A program made the translations under genes and the position numbers. From NCBI GenBank assembly GCA_963701785.1, contig CAVPBC010000002.1:1365093-1429092 (forward strand): 64,000 bases of DNA. Direction: 5' to 3'. Each line of letters opens with the position of its first letter. Position 1 is the stretch's first letter. Under the pieces are notes generated by a model. That model saw nothing but the letters and a program-made list of their open reading frames with translations, was not told the DNA's origin and searched no databases. Below, piece after piece: positions 32,474 to 42,552 of the stretch. The DNA comes from an uncultured Bacteroidales bacterium (GTDB taxonomy: Bacteria > Bacteroidota > Bacteroidia > Bacteroidales > JAGOPY01).

Positions 32474-33856
32474 ATGAAGAAATTTTTGCTATTTCTGGTA
32501 ATTGCCTTTTCAGGGATTTTATTCGCCTGCAATAAAGATAACGATGACAATAGAAACCAGGTAGAAATTCCGGAAGGTTATTCTTTGCTCTGGGCAGATG
32601 AATTTGATGGATCTGATTTAAATACTGACTACTGGCAATATGAAACCGGGGATGGGACGGATTATGGTTTGCCTGCCGGTTGGGGAAATAATGAAAAGCA
32701 AATATATACAAGCAACAGTGATAATTCAGGTATCGAAAACGTTGGCGGAGTTTCCTCCCTTGCGATTACTGCCCGCGAAGATAATTCAGGGGGTTATACT
32801 TCAGCCAGGATTACAACCAGAGACCTGATAAGCATTCGGTTCGGCCGCCTGGAGATAAGGGCAAAATTGCCCGAAGGCCAGGGTATCTGGCCGGCAATCT
32901 GGATGCTTGGTGATAATATTGATACGATTGCCTGGCCGGGCTGCGGCGAGATTGATTTTGTTGAGGTTTTAGGTCATGAACCTTCTGTTTTATACACAAG
33001 CCTGCACTATACCAACGGTACCAATCAGAAAGGTGATATCCAGAATGTTTACCAGTTGCCTGCCGGGAGTTTTAGTGATGGGTATCATACATTCACATTA
33101 GACTGGACGCCGGATTCTTTGAAATGGAGCCTGGATGCACAGCAGGTCTTTCAAACATCAATTGAGGCTGACATGAAAGAATTCCTGCGCAGCTTTTATT
33201 TGATATTAAATGTTGCAGTTGGAGGGAACTGGCCTGGCGATCCCGACGGCACCACCGCTTTTCCACAAACCATGTATATTGATTTTGTGCGCCTCTTTTC
33301 AAAGGACGACCTGCAGGTGCCGGCCTCGCCCCCTTTAAATATCGAAGAAGAAACAGTAGGGCAAATCATTGAGCCAAACATTGGAGATAATGCGATCAGG
33401 GAAGGGTTCACTGAATTTGGGAGCCTGGACGTCTTATCATATGGGGGTGGGGGAGAACCCCTGGTTTTAACGTCTGAAACTGCTATTGACGGAGATCTCA
33501 GCCTGGTATTTGATTTTCCCGGCGGCAACTGGGGAGGGGCGTACATTGAACTAGCTGCTGCAAAGAACCTGGGTAATTACGCATACCTTAAATTTTCACT
33601 TAACAAACCATCTTCTTTGGTGAATGCCGAAATAAAACTTGAATCCCCCTCAACCAATGCCATTGTATTCCTTGAAGATTATACCGGGTTGCCTGTTGCT
33701 GAAGGATTTGTGGAATATACTATTCCGCTCGCCGATTTTACCGGGCTCGATCTTACCCAGATAACCATTCCATTCGCAATCTGGAATCCCAAGGGGGCTT
33801 ATCAGAACTTCGTGGCAGCCACTGTATTGATTGATAATGTTTATTTTTCTGATTGA
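32474..33856 (+). CDS. GH16 beta-glucanase (laminarinase-like) lipoprotein with C-terminal carbohydrate-binding-like domain
   Basis: 460 aa. AFSGILFAC lipobox. WADEFDG, GRLEIRAKLP, WPAIWMLG, and catalytic GEIDFVE (ExDxxE). Intact. Confidence 0.85.
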   Translation: MKKFLLFLVIAFSGILFACNKDNDDNRNQVEIPEGYSLLWADEFDGSDLNTDYWQYETGDGTDYGLPAGWGNNEKQIYTSNSDNSGIENVGGVSSLAITAREDNSGGYTSARITTRDLISIRFGRLEIRAKLPEGQGIWPAIWMLGDNIDTIAWPGCGEIDFVEVLGHEPSVLYTSLHYTNGTNQKGDIQNVYQLPAGSFSDGYHTFTLDWTPDSLKWSLDAQQVFQTSIEADMKEFLRSFYLILNVAVGGNWPGDPDGTTAFPQTMYIDFVRLFSKDDLQVPASPPLNIEEETVGQIIEPNIGDNAIREGFTEFGSLDVLSYGGGGEPLVLTSETAIDGDLSLVFDFPGGNWGGAYIELAAAKNLGNYAYLKFSLNKPSSLVNAEIKLESPSTNAIVFLEDYTGLPVAEGFVEYTIPLADFTGLDLTQITIPFAIWNPKGAYQNFVAATVLIDNVYFSD

Positions 33857-33914
33857 ACTTGCCAGTTATAATACTAGATTGATATTTTCGATATATTTGA
33901 ATGCAGAAAAGAAA

Positions 33915-34607
33915 ATGATGCGTAAATCCATTTCCTTGTTTTCTTTCAGACTGCTCATGCTTTCAGTTACCATGGCCTGGGCAGTTAATGTTACCGGCCA
34001 GGTAAAAAACCTGGCAGTTGGAGGCGGGGTGGGCTTTAACTTTACACCACTCATGCTGATTGAAGGAGGTTACTGGGATCGTTATGCATGGGTTGGTAAT
34101 TTTACTCCAACAGTTACCGTTCGCTATGGAAATAAAATTTCCGGCGTGTTTAAAGCATCTTACATCAGTTATTCTTTTGAAAAAGAAGTATTCAGCCAAT
34201 ATGGCGGAACCAGCATGCATACCTGGGAGGCAAATATTCATCAGATACACAGTGATCTGTTATTTGAACATTCACCATTTGGTTCCAGGGGCTTCTTTTA
34301 TTACCTGGGGCCCGGTTTCGGGATTCCGGTCAAAGTGAAGATGACAGAGGAATACTGGCAAGGGGCATGGGGCCCTTACCCCTCAGAGCATACCTACGAA
34401 GAGTCTACCGTACCGGCGGATTTTAATCTTTATATCCAGGGGGTTTTTGGTATAGGAGGATATATTCCAGTTAAAGAGAAAAACCTGATCAGCGTTGAAT
34501 GTAACTTCAGGATCGGATTATACAAAGTCCTGGTAAATGTTGATGAATCCGAAGAAACAAAAATGATAGCCATCCAGTTCATTCTGGGTTATTTAAGGCG
34601 TCTTTAA
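33915..34607 (+). CDS. outer-membrane beta-barrel-like protein, paralogue 1
   Basis: ATG 33915, signal MMRKSISLFSFRLLMLSVTMAWAVNVTGQ. ~75% aa and roughly 80% nt identity by eye to 41656-42363. Ends ILGYLRRL. Confidence 0.6.
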   Translation: MMRKSISLFSFRLLMLSVTMAWAVNVTGQVKNLAVGGGVGFNFTPLMLIEGGYWDRYAWVGNFTPTVTVRYGNKISGVFKASYISYSFEKEVFSQYGGTSMHTWEANIHQIHSDLLFEHSPFGSRGFFYYLGPGFGIPVKVKMTEEYWQGAWGPYPSEHTYEESTVPADFNLYIQGVFGIGGYIPVKEKNLISVECNFRIGLYKVLVNVDESEETKMIAIQFILGYLRRL

Positions 34608-34885
34608 AAGGGATCGTTGAATTATCCCTGGAATTCCCTGCCAGTAATTTTCATTTTAAGGTCTTAAATTTCATCTCAAAACACCTGACCCTCTTATCTT
34701 TTAAATCCTCCGTAAAACGACTGATCAACAATGGTTTCATTAAGATTGCACTTCCGGGGGGAAGACTGATCTCTGAGGCGGTAACCAGATCATAGATCAG
34801 CTGAGGGATATTTTTTCTCCCGGAAATTAAATTTTAGACTTTTGACAGCCTGATTTTCTTATATTTACCCTGAATTAACCAAGCC

Positions 34886-37813
34886 ATGAAACGATCCGCT
34901 TTCCTGGTCATTTTATTTGCTCTCCGGATTTTTAACCTGAACGGTCAGATCATCTACATCCCCGGTGATTATCCCACAATCCAGCAGGGGATAACAGCCG
35001 CAACGGAAGGGGATACGGTACTGGTATCTCCCGGGACCTATTATGAGAACCTGTTTTTTAACGGGACCAATATAACGCTGGCCTCGCTTTTTCTCACAAC
35101 GAACGATACATCATATATTTCCACCACCATCATTAATGGCAGCCAGGCAGGCTCTGTTATTACTGTTGAGAATTATGAAGATTCAACCACGCTCATTTGT
35201 GGTTTTTCCATCATTAATGGTGATGGCGGAACCTCCGGTGGCGGATTGTACATTTTTGACGCAGCACCCGTTCTGGAACATCTATATATCTTGGACAATG
35301 AAGCAACGGAAGGTGGAGGCATTTACTTGTTTTATAGCGAGGCGGTTATCCGGCATTGCCGCATTGAAGCAAACCTTGCGAATAAAGGCGCCGGTATCAT
35401 TTCTTGTTATTCCACTCCCCAAATGACCGATCTTTTGGTTTTACAGAACGAGGCAAGTAGTGGGGGCGGAGGTATCGTTATTCTTTCATCTGTCCCGGTA
35501 ATGGACAACATCCTGATTGAAGGCAACAGCTCTGGTTCTGGCGGAGGTGGACTGGTAATCGAATACAGTAATCCCAAAATCGTATTGACTGGCGTCTATA
35601 TTGTATCGAATACAGCCGTCGATGGTGCAGGAATACATAGTAACGGGGAACTAAACTTTAAAAACGGTTTGGTTTCAGGAAATATTGCCAGCAGATACGG
35701 GGGAGGAATTTATTCCAGGGACTCGTTATGGATTTACAATTCGGAGATCAGTTATAATTCAGCCAATTATGGCGGAGGCCTTTACATTAACGGCTCCTGT
35801 GTAAAAACCGATTCCGTGGAAATTACACATAACAACGTGATTTATAACGGGGGAGGCATCAATTGTTACCAGACCTCCCTGGCTATCCTTAACCATTCAT
35901 CTTTGAATGCCAATACTGCCGGTAGCGCCGGAGGTGGTTTATATTGCCATGAAGACAATGAACTTATGCTTTCAGGAACTTCCGTAATTTATAATCATTC
36001 CCGCATCGGAGGCGGGTTATCATTCCATTCAGGACAATCATTAAGCTTTGACCCGATAAACCGCTGTAATATTTACCTCAATTCTTCAGATAATTATGGT
36101 AGTGATCTATACTCTGAGGCCGACACTTTTGTAATCATCGTGGATACCTTTACAGTCAGGTATCCTACTGAATTTCATGTCGAAAACATGGGGAAATTTA
36201 GTTTTGATATACTGGCCGGAAAGATAACACAAGTTGATGCTGATCTGTATGTTTCTCCTTCCGGGAATGATACCAATTCCGGCCATACCCCGGATGATCC
36301 GCTTCGGACGATATTATGCGCCTTTAGCAGGCTCCGGGCAGAAGCAGGCCACAGTCACAGCGTCCGTCTTGCCAATGGTACTTACAGCCCGTCAACCGGC
36401 CAGGTCTTCCCGTTGCGCCTGCTGAATTACGGCAGCCTCAGCGGAGAATCAATGGAACAAACCATCCTGGATGCGGAAGGTGCCGGTTCTGTAATTATAA
36501 TGGAGAATGATACGATACCCCGAATAGAGATGCTTACTATTAAAGGTGGAATTTATTTGGTTGGAGGAGGTATTTATTCTGTTAATTCTGAATTTCATGG
36601 ACGAAAACTCTTGCTTACCGGCAATTCAAGTACCTATGACGGTGGAGGTGCATATATCGTTAGCAATAAAAATTCCAGTCTGGAGAATTCCATTGTGAAA
36701 AACAATACATCTGTTGAAGGAGGTGGTGTATATGCAGAAGATTCAGGAATTAAAATGCAATCTGTTGAATTCAACAGTAACATTGCCATGTACGGAGGCG
36801 GAATAGCGATGAGAGACTGTGATACGGCATTAATGAGCGGGCTAAAGTTTTCTAATAACCAGGCCTATAGCATGGGTGGTGGATTGTATGCCTTGCGAAC
36901 ATCAAATTTCATCATAAGCAGTTCAGAATTCAACTCAAACACAGCAGCCGATGGCGGAGGCGTTCATTCCCGCTATTCTTCCCCGGTGATCATTAATTCT
37001 CTGTTCACAAACAATATCGGCATACACACAGGCAGCGGGGTCGAATTGTATCATGATTATGAGGACGATACAACGGATATTGAATCCCGAATCATTAATG
37101 TCACGTTTTCAAACAATACCACACCGGCCTTATTTTGTTATGCTGCCAGTGTCAGCCTGACCAATGATATTTTCTGGGGGAATGCCGGCCCATACCAGGT
37201 ACAATGCCAGGAACCCGATACCCTTTCCGATACGCTTCGCGTAATCAACTCAACGATCCAGAATGGGATGAACGGGATCGGTATTACCGGCCCGGCAGAG
37301 ATCATCTGGCTTGACGGCAACAAAGATTCAGATCCGCTTTTCATGGAGGCCGGGACCGATCCGTTTGCGCTGGACACGGGATCGCCCTGTATTGACGCCG
37401 GTACGACAGATACAACCGGACTGTTTCTGCCTTTTAACGACATCATTGGAAACACCCGCGTATGGGATGGCGATGGCAACGGAACACAAATCATTGACAT
37501 GGGTGCTTATGAATATGGGGCACCTGTGGAACTGCCGGAACCAGGGATCCTTGCATTCAATTCCTCCGGTGAATCCATTATTTACCCTAATCCTGCCAGG
37601 GATGAGCTGAAAATTGAACTGGCCGGAAATAATGCCGGGAACGGTACGATCTCGGTTTTTGACATTTCAGGGAAAATGATTTACAGCGACACCCGGGCTC
37701 TTTCGCAGGCAATGACTATCAATACCTCTTTTCTTGATAGTGGAATTTATATCATACAAGTTTCCACGGTTGCTAAAACAGAACGTCAGATTTTTATCAA
37801 ACTTAATTTCTAA
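34886..37813 (+). CDS. right-handed beta-helix protein with polymorphic-membrane-protein (Pmp)-type GGG(I/L)Y repeats and T9SS C-terminal sorting domain
   Basis: 975 aa, intact. More than 15 repeats of the form N.A..GGGIY / GGGLY. CTD IIYPNPARDELKIEL...GIYIIQVSTVAKTERQIFIKLNF. Confidence 0.8.
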   Translation: MKRSAFLVILFALRIFNLNGQIIYIPGDYPTIQQGITAATEGDTVLVSPGTYYENLFFNGTNITLASLFLTTNDTSYISTTIINGSQAGSVITVENYEDSTTLICGFSIINGDGGTSGGGLYIFDAAPVLEHLYILDNEATEGGGIYLFYSEAVIRHCRIEANLANKGAGIISCYSTPQMTDLLVLQNEASSGGGGIVILSSVPVMDNILIEGNSSGSGGGGLVIEYSNPKIVLTGVYIVSNTAVDGAGIHSNGELNFKNGLVSGNIASRYGGGIYSRDSLWIYNSEISYNSANYGGGLYINGSCVKTDSVEITHNNVIYNGGGINCYQTSLAILNHSSLNANTAGSAGGGLYCHEDNELMLSGTSVIYNHSRIGGGLSFHSGQSLSFDPINRCNIYLNSSDNYGSDLYSEADTFVIIVDTFTVRYPTEFHVENMGKFSFDILAGKITQVDADLYVSPSGNDTNSGHTPDDPLRTILCAFSRLRAEAGHSHSVRLANGTYSPSTGQVFPLRLLNYGSLSGESMEQTILDAEGAGSVIIMENDTIPRIEMLTIKGGIYLVGGGIYSVNSEFHGRKLLLTGNSSTYDGGGAYIVSNKNSSLENSIVKNNTSVEGGGVYAEDSGIKMQSVEFNSNIAMYGGGIAMRDCDTALMSGLKFSNNQAYSMGGGLYALRTSNFIISSSEFNSNTAADGGGVHSRYSSPVIINSLFTNNIGIHTGSGVELYHDYEDDTTDIESRIINVTFSNNTTPALFCYAASVSLTNDIFWGNAGPYQVQCQEPDTLSDTLRVINSTIQNGMNGIGITGPAEIIWLDGNKDSDPLFMEAGTDPFALDTGSPCIDAGTTDTTGLFLPFNDIIGNTRVWDGDGNGTQIIDMGAYEYGAPVELPEPGILAFNSSGESIIYPNPARDELKIELAGNNAGNGTISVFDISGKMIYSDTRALSQAMTINTSFLDSGIYIIQVSTVAKTERQIFIKLNF

Positions 37814-37821
37814 TCGGGTTT

Positions 37822-37932
37822 TTAACCACAAAGGCGCACAAAGTACAACACAAAGGCACACGAAGTAATTTTATATCAATTAGTAAGCCTTAGTGCGCCT
37901 TCGTGAAATCCTTAGTGCGCCTTTGTGGTTAA
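37822..37932. repeat. 111-bp palindromic intergenic element with 18-bp perfect terminal inverted repeats
   Basis: TTAACCACAAAGGCGCAC (37822-37839) ... GTGCGCCTTTGTGGTTAA (37915-37932). Inner pair CACGAAG/CTTCGTG. Internal reiteration of the word CACAAAGG. Confidence 0.8.
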
Positions 37933-38105
37933 ACGGGATGTCTCAGAAGTGTATTTATCAAAACATTAGAATTGAGGCAGGTTACAGACTTTGTTTAATC
38001 GTCGAAAAATCTGTGTTTAATCCGTGCAAATCCGAGTAATCTGTGGTGACTAACAATGAAATCTATAGGGAGTCAATCTTATTCACAGCAATGGCCAACC
38101 TGGGA

Positions 38106-39581
38106 TCACAAACTCTTGATCTCCGCTACCAGCTTCTGTAAGGTAGCCTTGGCATCGCCGAACAGCATGCTGTTTTTCTGGTGGTAGAACAGATTGTTGG
38201 GGATGGCGGCATAACCCGCGGCCATACTCCGTTTCATGACAATGACATTCCTTGCGTCCAGCACCTTGATGATGGGCATGCCATAAATAGGGCTGGAAGG
38301 ATCATCCTCGGCAGCAGGGTTCACCACATCATTGGCGCCGATCACGATCACCACATCCGTGTTGGCCATTTCATTGTTGGCGTCTTCCATCTCCATGAGT
38401 TTTTCATAAGGGACATCCGCCTCGGCCAGCAATACGTTCATATGGCCGGGCATTCGGCCCGCGACCGGGTGGATGGCATATTTCACTTCCACGCCTTTAG
38501 CTGAAAGCAGGTTGTCAAGTTCATGGCAAAGGTGCTGTGCCTGCGCAACCGCCAGCCCGTAGCCGGGAACAATGTAAACCTTCTTCGAATAACTCAGAAG
38601 TACGGCTGCATCGCTGAGCGAGATCTCTTTCGCAGTTTTGTCGGCTGCCTCAGTGCCTTGCGCACCAGCTACGCCGAAGGCCCCGATGATAACGTTCATC
38701 AGTGAACGGTTCATGGCCCTGCACATCAGGATAGTCAGGATCGTACCCGATGATCCGACAAGGATACCGCCGGTGAGCATGGCCGTGTTGCCATATAAGA
38801 AGCCTCCCATGGCAGCCGCTACCCCGGTAAATGAGTTCAGCAGCGAGATGACCACGGGCATGTCGGCACCGCCGATGGGCATAACAAACGTAACGCCATA
38901 AATGAGCGCGGCAACTGCGAAAAGGTAAATGGGCAGGTTGTTTCCGGCCCGGGGCTCCATGAAGAGTATAACCACCAGCGCGACCAGCAAAACAACCAGG
39001 AAAGTAAGATTGACGATACGTAGCAGTGGATGCTTGATATCACCGATCCGTCCATCGAGTTTGCCGAAGGCAATCATACTTCCGGCAAATGAAACGCTCC
39101 CGATCATCAGCCCGAGCATGATGGCGATCCCCTCGCCGCCGAGCATGTGGGTTGCCCCTTCAGCTGCCATCATATTTTGCATATTGGGGAATTCCATCAT
39201 GGAGATCAGGGCTGCGCAGGCACCTCCCATCCCGTTGAATATGGAAACCATCTGCGGCATGGCCGTCATTTTTACTTTAACCGAGGCGTACCACCCGATA
39301 AATGACCCGATAGCCAGCGCAACGACAATCCACCCTATGTTGTGGATACCCTTTGATTCAATGGTGCCATCAGGAAGCTGCACGCTGGTTTTATGAAAAA
39401 GTATGGTGAAAAGGATGGCCGCTGCCATGCCCGCTGCTGCCCAAAGGTTTCCTGCACGGGCAGTGGCCGGGTGACTGAGTTTTTTCAACCCGAGAATAAA
39501 AAGAACCGAAGCCAGGAGGTAGGAAATTTCAAGAATAGAAATCTGGTTCGAGTAAGCTATTACTTTGGTGATTGTTTCCAT
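38106..39581 (-). CDS. pntB: NAD(P) transhydrogenase subunit beta
   Basis: 491 aa. Multi-TM N-terminal half and C-terminal NADP(H) domain (YIVPGYGLAVAQAQH, HPVAGRMPGHMNVLLAEA, VIGANDVVNP). Confidence 0.92.
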   Translation of the reverse strand: METITKVIAYSNQISILEISYLLASVLFILGLKKLSHPATARAGNLWAAAGMAAAILFTILFHKTSVQLPDGTIESKGIHNIGWIVVALAIGSFIGWYASVKVKMTAMPQMVSIFNGMGGACAALISMMEFPNMQNMMAAEGATHMLGGEGIAIMLGLMIGSVSFAGSMIAFGKLDGRIGDIKHPLLRIVNLTFLVVLLVALVVILFMEPRAGNNLPIYLFAVAALIYGVTFVMPIGGADMPVVISLLNSFTGVAAAMGGFLYGNTAMLTGGILVGSSGTILTILMCRAMNRSLMNVIIGAFGVAGAQGTEAADKTAKEISLSDAAVLLSYSKKVYIVPGYGLAVAQAQHLCHELDNLLSAKGVEVKYAIHPVAGRMPGHMNVLLAEADVPYEKLMEMEDANNEMANTDVVIVIGANDVVNPAAEDDPSSPIYGMPIIKVLDARNVIVMKRSMAAGYAAIPNNLFYHQKNSMLFGDAKATLQKLVAEIKSL

Positions 39582-39584
39582 GGC

Positions 39585-39896
39585 CTATTCCTGTTTTTTC
39601 TTTTTCCTGAACATTTCGAGCATCCGGTCAGTCACGACAAATCCGCCGACCACATTCAGCGTTCCGAGTATCACGGCAATAAAACCGAGTATGAGCGACA
39701 GGGTACTTTCGGCATGCCCCATCACAATGATGGCACCGATGATGACCACACCGTGTATGGCGTTGCTCCCCGACATGAGGGGGGTGTGCAGTACCGCAGG
39801 CACATGCGAGATAACTTCAATCCCAAGGAATATGGACAGGAGGATGATAAAGATCATGTCTTTATATTCCAGGAAAAATTTTAACACATCTTCCAT
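39585..39896 (-). CDS. pntAB: NAD(P) transhydrogenase subunit alpha part 2 (membrane)
   Basis: 103 aa, 3-4 TM helices (LHTPLMSGSNAIHGVVIIGAII), between pntAA and pntB with 3-11 nt spacers. Confidence 0.88.
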   Translation of the reverse strand: MEDVLKFFLEYKDMIFIILLSIFLGIEVISHVPAVLHTPLMSGSNAIHGVVIIGAIIVMGHAESTLSLILGFIAVILGTLNVVGGFVVTDRMLEMFRKKKKQE

Positions 39897-39907
39897 AATT
39901 TTTCGCG

Positions 39908-41035
39908 TTATTGAATGATAACTGATTTGACTCTTTCGTGAACGATCTCCTTATTGTGGGTGACAGCGGTTCCTTTCACGATATCATCTTCCCAGTTGAG
40001 GTTCATGCCTCCTTCCGGCGTGATAATGAGCCTGAGGAAGTTGATGACATTTTTACCGAACATGCGGCTGGCATCGGTTGGAATATCGGACGGGAATGAT
40101 GAATTGCCTATGATTTTAACCCCGTTGTGCACGATCGTTTCACCATTTTTAGTAACCTCGCAGTTGCCCCCTGAAGAAGCTGCCAGGTCGATGATCACCG
40201 AGCCCGGCGCCATGGCTTCCACGGTTTCCTTTTTGATAAGCAGTGGGGCGCGCTTGCCCGGTATCTGCGCCGTGCAGATGATCACGTCGCTTTTAACTGC
40301 CTGGTTATGCACGGCCTGGGCCTGTCGCTGTTTGAACTCCTCCGACTGCTCAACCGCATATCCGCCGGCAGACTTGTCGTCGATAGCCCCTTCCACATCC
40401 ACGAATTTCCCTCCCAGTCCGACAACTTCTTCCTTTACGGCCGACCTCACGTCAAAGACATATACCACGGCCCCGAGTTTGCGGGCGGTGGCGACAGCCT
40501 GGAGCCCTGCAACGCCAGCCCCGAGGATGAGCATACTGGCCGGCTTGATGGTGCCTGCGGCAGTCATGAACATTGGGAAGAACTTCGGCAGGGTATTGGC
40601 TGCGGTGAGAACAGCCTTATACCCCGCTGCCGTTGCCTGCGACGAAAGAATATCCATAGCCTGTGCACGGGTGGTGCGTGGGATGACATCGAGGCTGAAA
40701 CTGGTGATATTCCTTGCAGCCAGCTCCTTTACAAGCTCACCGTTGAAAAAGGGGTTAAGAACAGCTATCAGCACCTGGCTTTCCTTAAGCAGATTGAGTT
40801 CTTCTTTACCGGGCGGGTTTATCTGTAAAACCAGGTCGGATGAAGCCATGACCTTTGCCCTGGATTCGATCCTGGCCCCGGCCTTCTCATAGTCCGTGTC
40901 GGATGCAAACGAAAATTCTCCGGCACCGTTTTCAACGATTACGGTAACATTCATCTTTACCAGGGCGGCGACACCTTCAGGCAGCAGGGCCACCCGGTTC
41001 TCACCGGTATTTTCTTTGAGCAAACCAATTGTCAT
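39908..41035 (-). CDS. pntAA: NAD(P) transhydrogenase subunit alpha part 1 (NAD(H)-binding dI)
   Basis: MTIGLLKENTGENRVALLPEG from the ATG at complement of 41033-41035 (the ORF track begins at an upstream TTG, 41068). LILGAGVAGLQAVATARKLGAVV Rossmann motif. Confidence 0.9.
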   Translation of the reverse strand: MTIGLLKENTGENRVALLPEGVAALVKMNVTVIVENGAGEFSFASDTDYEKAGARIESRAKVMASSDLVLQINPPGKEELNLLKESQVLIAVLNPFFNGELVKELAARNITSFSLDVIPRTTRAQAMDILSSQATAAGYKAVLTAANTLPKFFPMFMTAAGTIKPASMLILGAGVAGLQAVATARKLGAVVYVFDVRSAVKEEVVGLGGKFVDVEGAIDDKSAGGYAVEQSEEFKQRQAQAVHNQAVKSDVIICTAQIPGKRAPLLIKKETVEAMAPGSVIIDLAASSGGNCEVTKNGETIVHNGVKIIGNSSFPSDIPTDASRMFGKNVINFLRLIITPEGGMNLNWEDDIVKGTAVTHNKEIVHERVKSVIIQ

Positions 41036-41305
41036 GGTAGCAGGTTTAAAGGTTAATAACGAAGGCAAATTTAAAATAATTAAAAGAATTCCATATAAAT
41101 TGTCGGTTTAGCTTCGGCAATATTATTAAATTCATCAAAAATATTTAACAACATGCAATTAAGTAGAGGAAGTATCAAAAGTTTTTTCCACGCAAAGCAC
41201 GCGAAATAATAAATGGAAGAACGCAAATTATTTAATTGGGAGACACCATATTACCCTTTATTATTATGATTGTAATTTTACAATGATTATTAAATCGAAA
41301 ATATA

Positions 41306-41638
41306 ATGGAATGGATCGAAAAACTGGATGGCAATGTGATTGTTTGTGATGCGGAAGGAATTATTATTTACATGAATGAAACCGCGTTCAGGAATTATGC
41401 AAAAGATGGGGGTAAAAGCCTTATTGGACGGAATTTGATGGATTGCCACAACGAGGATTCACGTCGAAAAATCCTCGAAATCATGACGACTCACCAGAAG
41501 AATGTTTACACGATTGAAAAGCGGGGTAAGAAAAAGATAATTTACCAGGCTCCCTGGATGGATGGAGATCTGTTTAAAGGAATCATTGAATTATCCCTGG
41601 AGATCCCATTTGAAATGCCGCATTATAAGAGGGATTGA
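41306..41638 (+). CDS. small stand-alone PAS-domain protein
   Basis: 110 aa. VIVCDAEGIIIYMNETAFRNYAKDGG...LIGRNLMDCH pattern of a PAS fold. Confidence 0.6.
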   Translation: MEWIEKLDGNVIVCDAEGIIIYMNETAFRNYAKDGGKSLIGRNLMDCHNEDSRRKILEIMTTHQKNVYTIEKRGKKKIIYQAPWMDGDLFKGIIELSLEIPFEMPHYKRD

Positions 41639-41655
41639 ATTTTTCTTTAAACTTA

Positions 41656-42363
41656 ATGGCAAAAAAGAAAATTGTGCGCATCTCCTTTTCTTTGTTTTCT
41701 TTCAGGCTGCTCATGCTTTCAGTTATCATGGCCTGGGCAGTTAACGTCAGTGGTCAGGCTAAAAACCTAGCATTTGGAGGCGGGGTAGGGTACAATATTA
41801 CGCCTATTTTGAAGCTCGATTATTATACCTGGTATCGTTATGAAGCAAATGGCAATTTCACCCCAACAATTACCTTGAGATATGGAAATAAGGTTTCCGG
41901 TGTGTTTAAAGCATCTTACATTCGAAACGCCTTTGAACAAACATTTTTTAGCCAATACGGCGGAACCTCCACAGACAGGCTCGAAGCGAATATCCATCAA
42001 ATCTATTGTGATCTTTTGTTTGAGCATGCTCCTCTTGGCTCCAGGGGTTTCTTCTATTACCTGGGGCCCGGTTTCGGCATTCCGGTCAAAGTTGAGATAA
42101 CTGAGGAATACTGGAGAGGGGAATGGGGCCCGTACCCTTCAGAGCACACTTACAAAGAATCTGTTGTACCTGCTGAGTTTAATTTATGTATCCAGGGAGT
42201 TATTGGTTTAGGCGGATATATTCCAATTAAAGAAAAAAACCTGATCAGCGTGGAATGCAACTTCAGGATTGGATTAAACAAGGTCCTGGTAAATGTGGAT
42301 AATTACGAAAAGGCCAGGATGGTTGCCATCCAGTTCATTCTGGGCTATTTAAGGCGTTTTTAG
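41656..42363 (+). CDS. outer-membrane beta-barrel-like protein, paralogue 2
   Basis: ATG 41656, MAKKKIVRISFSLFSFRLLMLSVIMAWAVNVSGQ. Colinear with 33915-34607. Ends ILGYLRRF. Confidence 0.6.
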   Translation: MAKKKIVRISFSLFSFRLLMLSVIMAWAVNVSGQAKNLAFGGGVGYNITPILKLDYYTWYRYEANGNFTPTITLRYGNKVSGVFKASYIRNAFEQTFFSQYGGTSTDRLEANIHQIYCDLLFEHAPLGSRGFFYYLGPGFGIPVKVEITEEYWRGEWGPYPSEHTYKESVVPAEFNLCIQGVIGLGGYIPIKEKNLISVECNFRIGLNKVLVNVDNYEKARMVAIQFILGYLRRF

Positions 42364-42552
42364 GATGATATTGGCTGGTAATTGCACGGCTACCAATACG
42401 GATAATAATTTCCCGGCCATTGCCCCTATACCTTTTCTTTCAGTGCCTTATACTGACTGTTGATTGACATATTGATCAACAGTCAGTATATTTGTGTAAG
42501 CCTTCATCAGGTTAATGGTTAATGATCATTCAATTCCTGTGAGGTTGTTAGG

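Noticed and set aside
39954-40892. 312-aa ORF on the plus strand, plus several 100-170-aa plus-strand ORFs across 38181-39918
   Set aside because: They lie entirely antisense to the well-supported pntAA/pntAB/pntB genes. They have low-complexity Ala/Ser/Pro/Arg-rich translations typical of shadow ORFs in GC-richer coding sequence.
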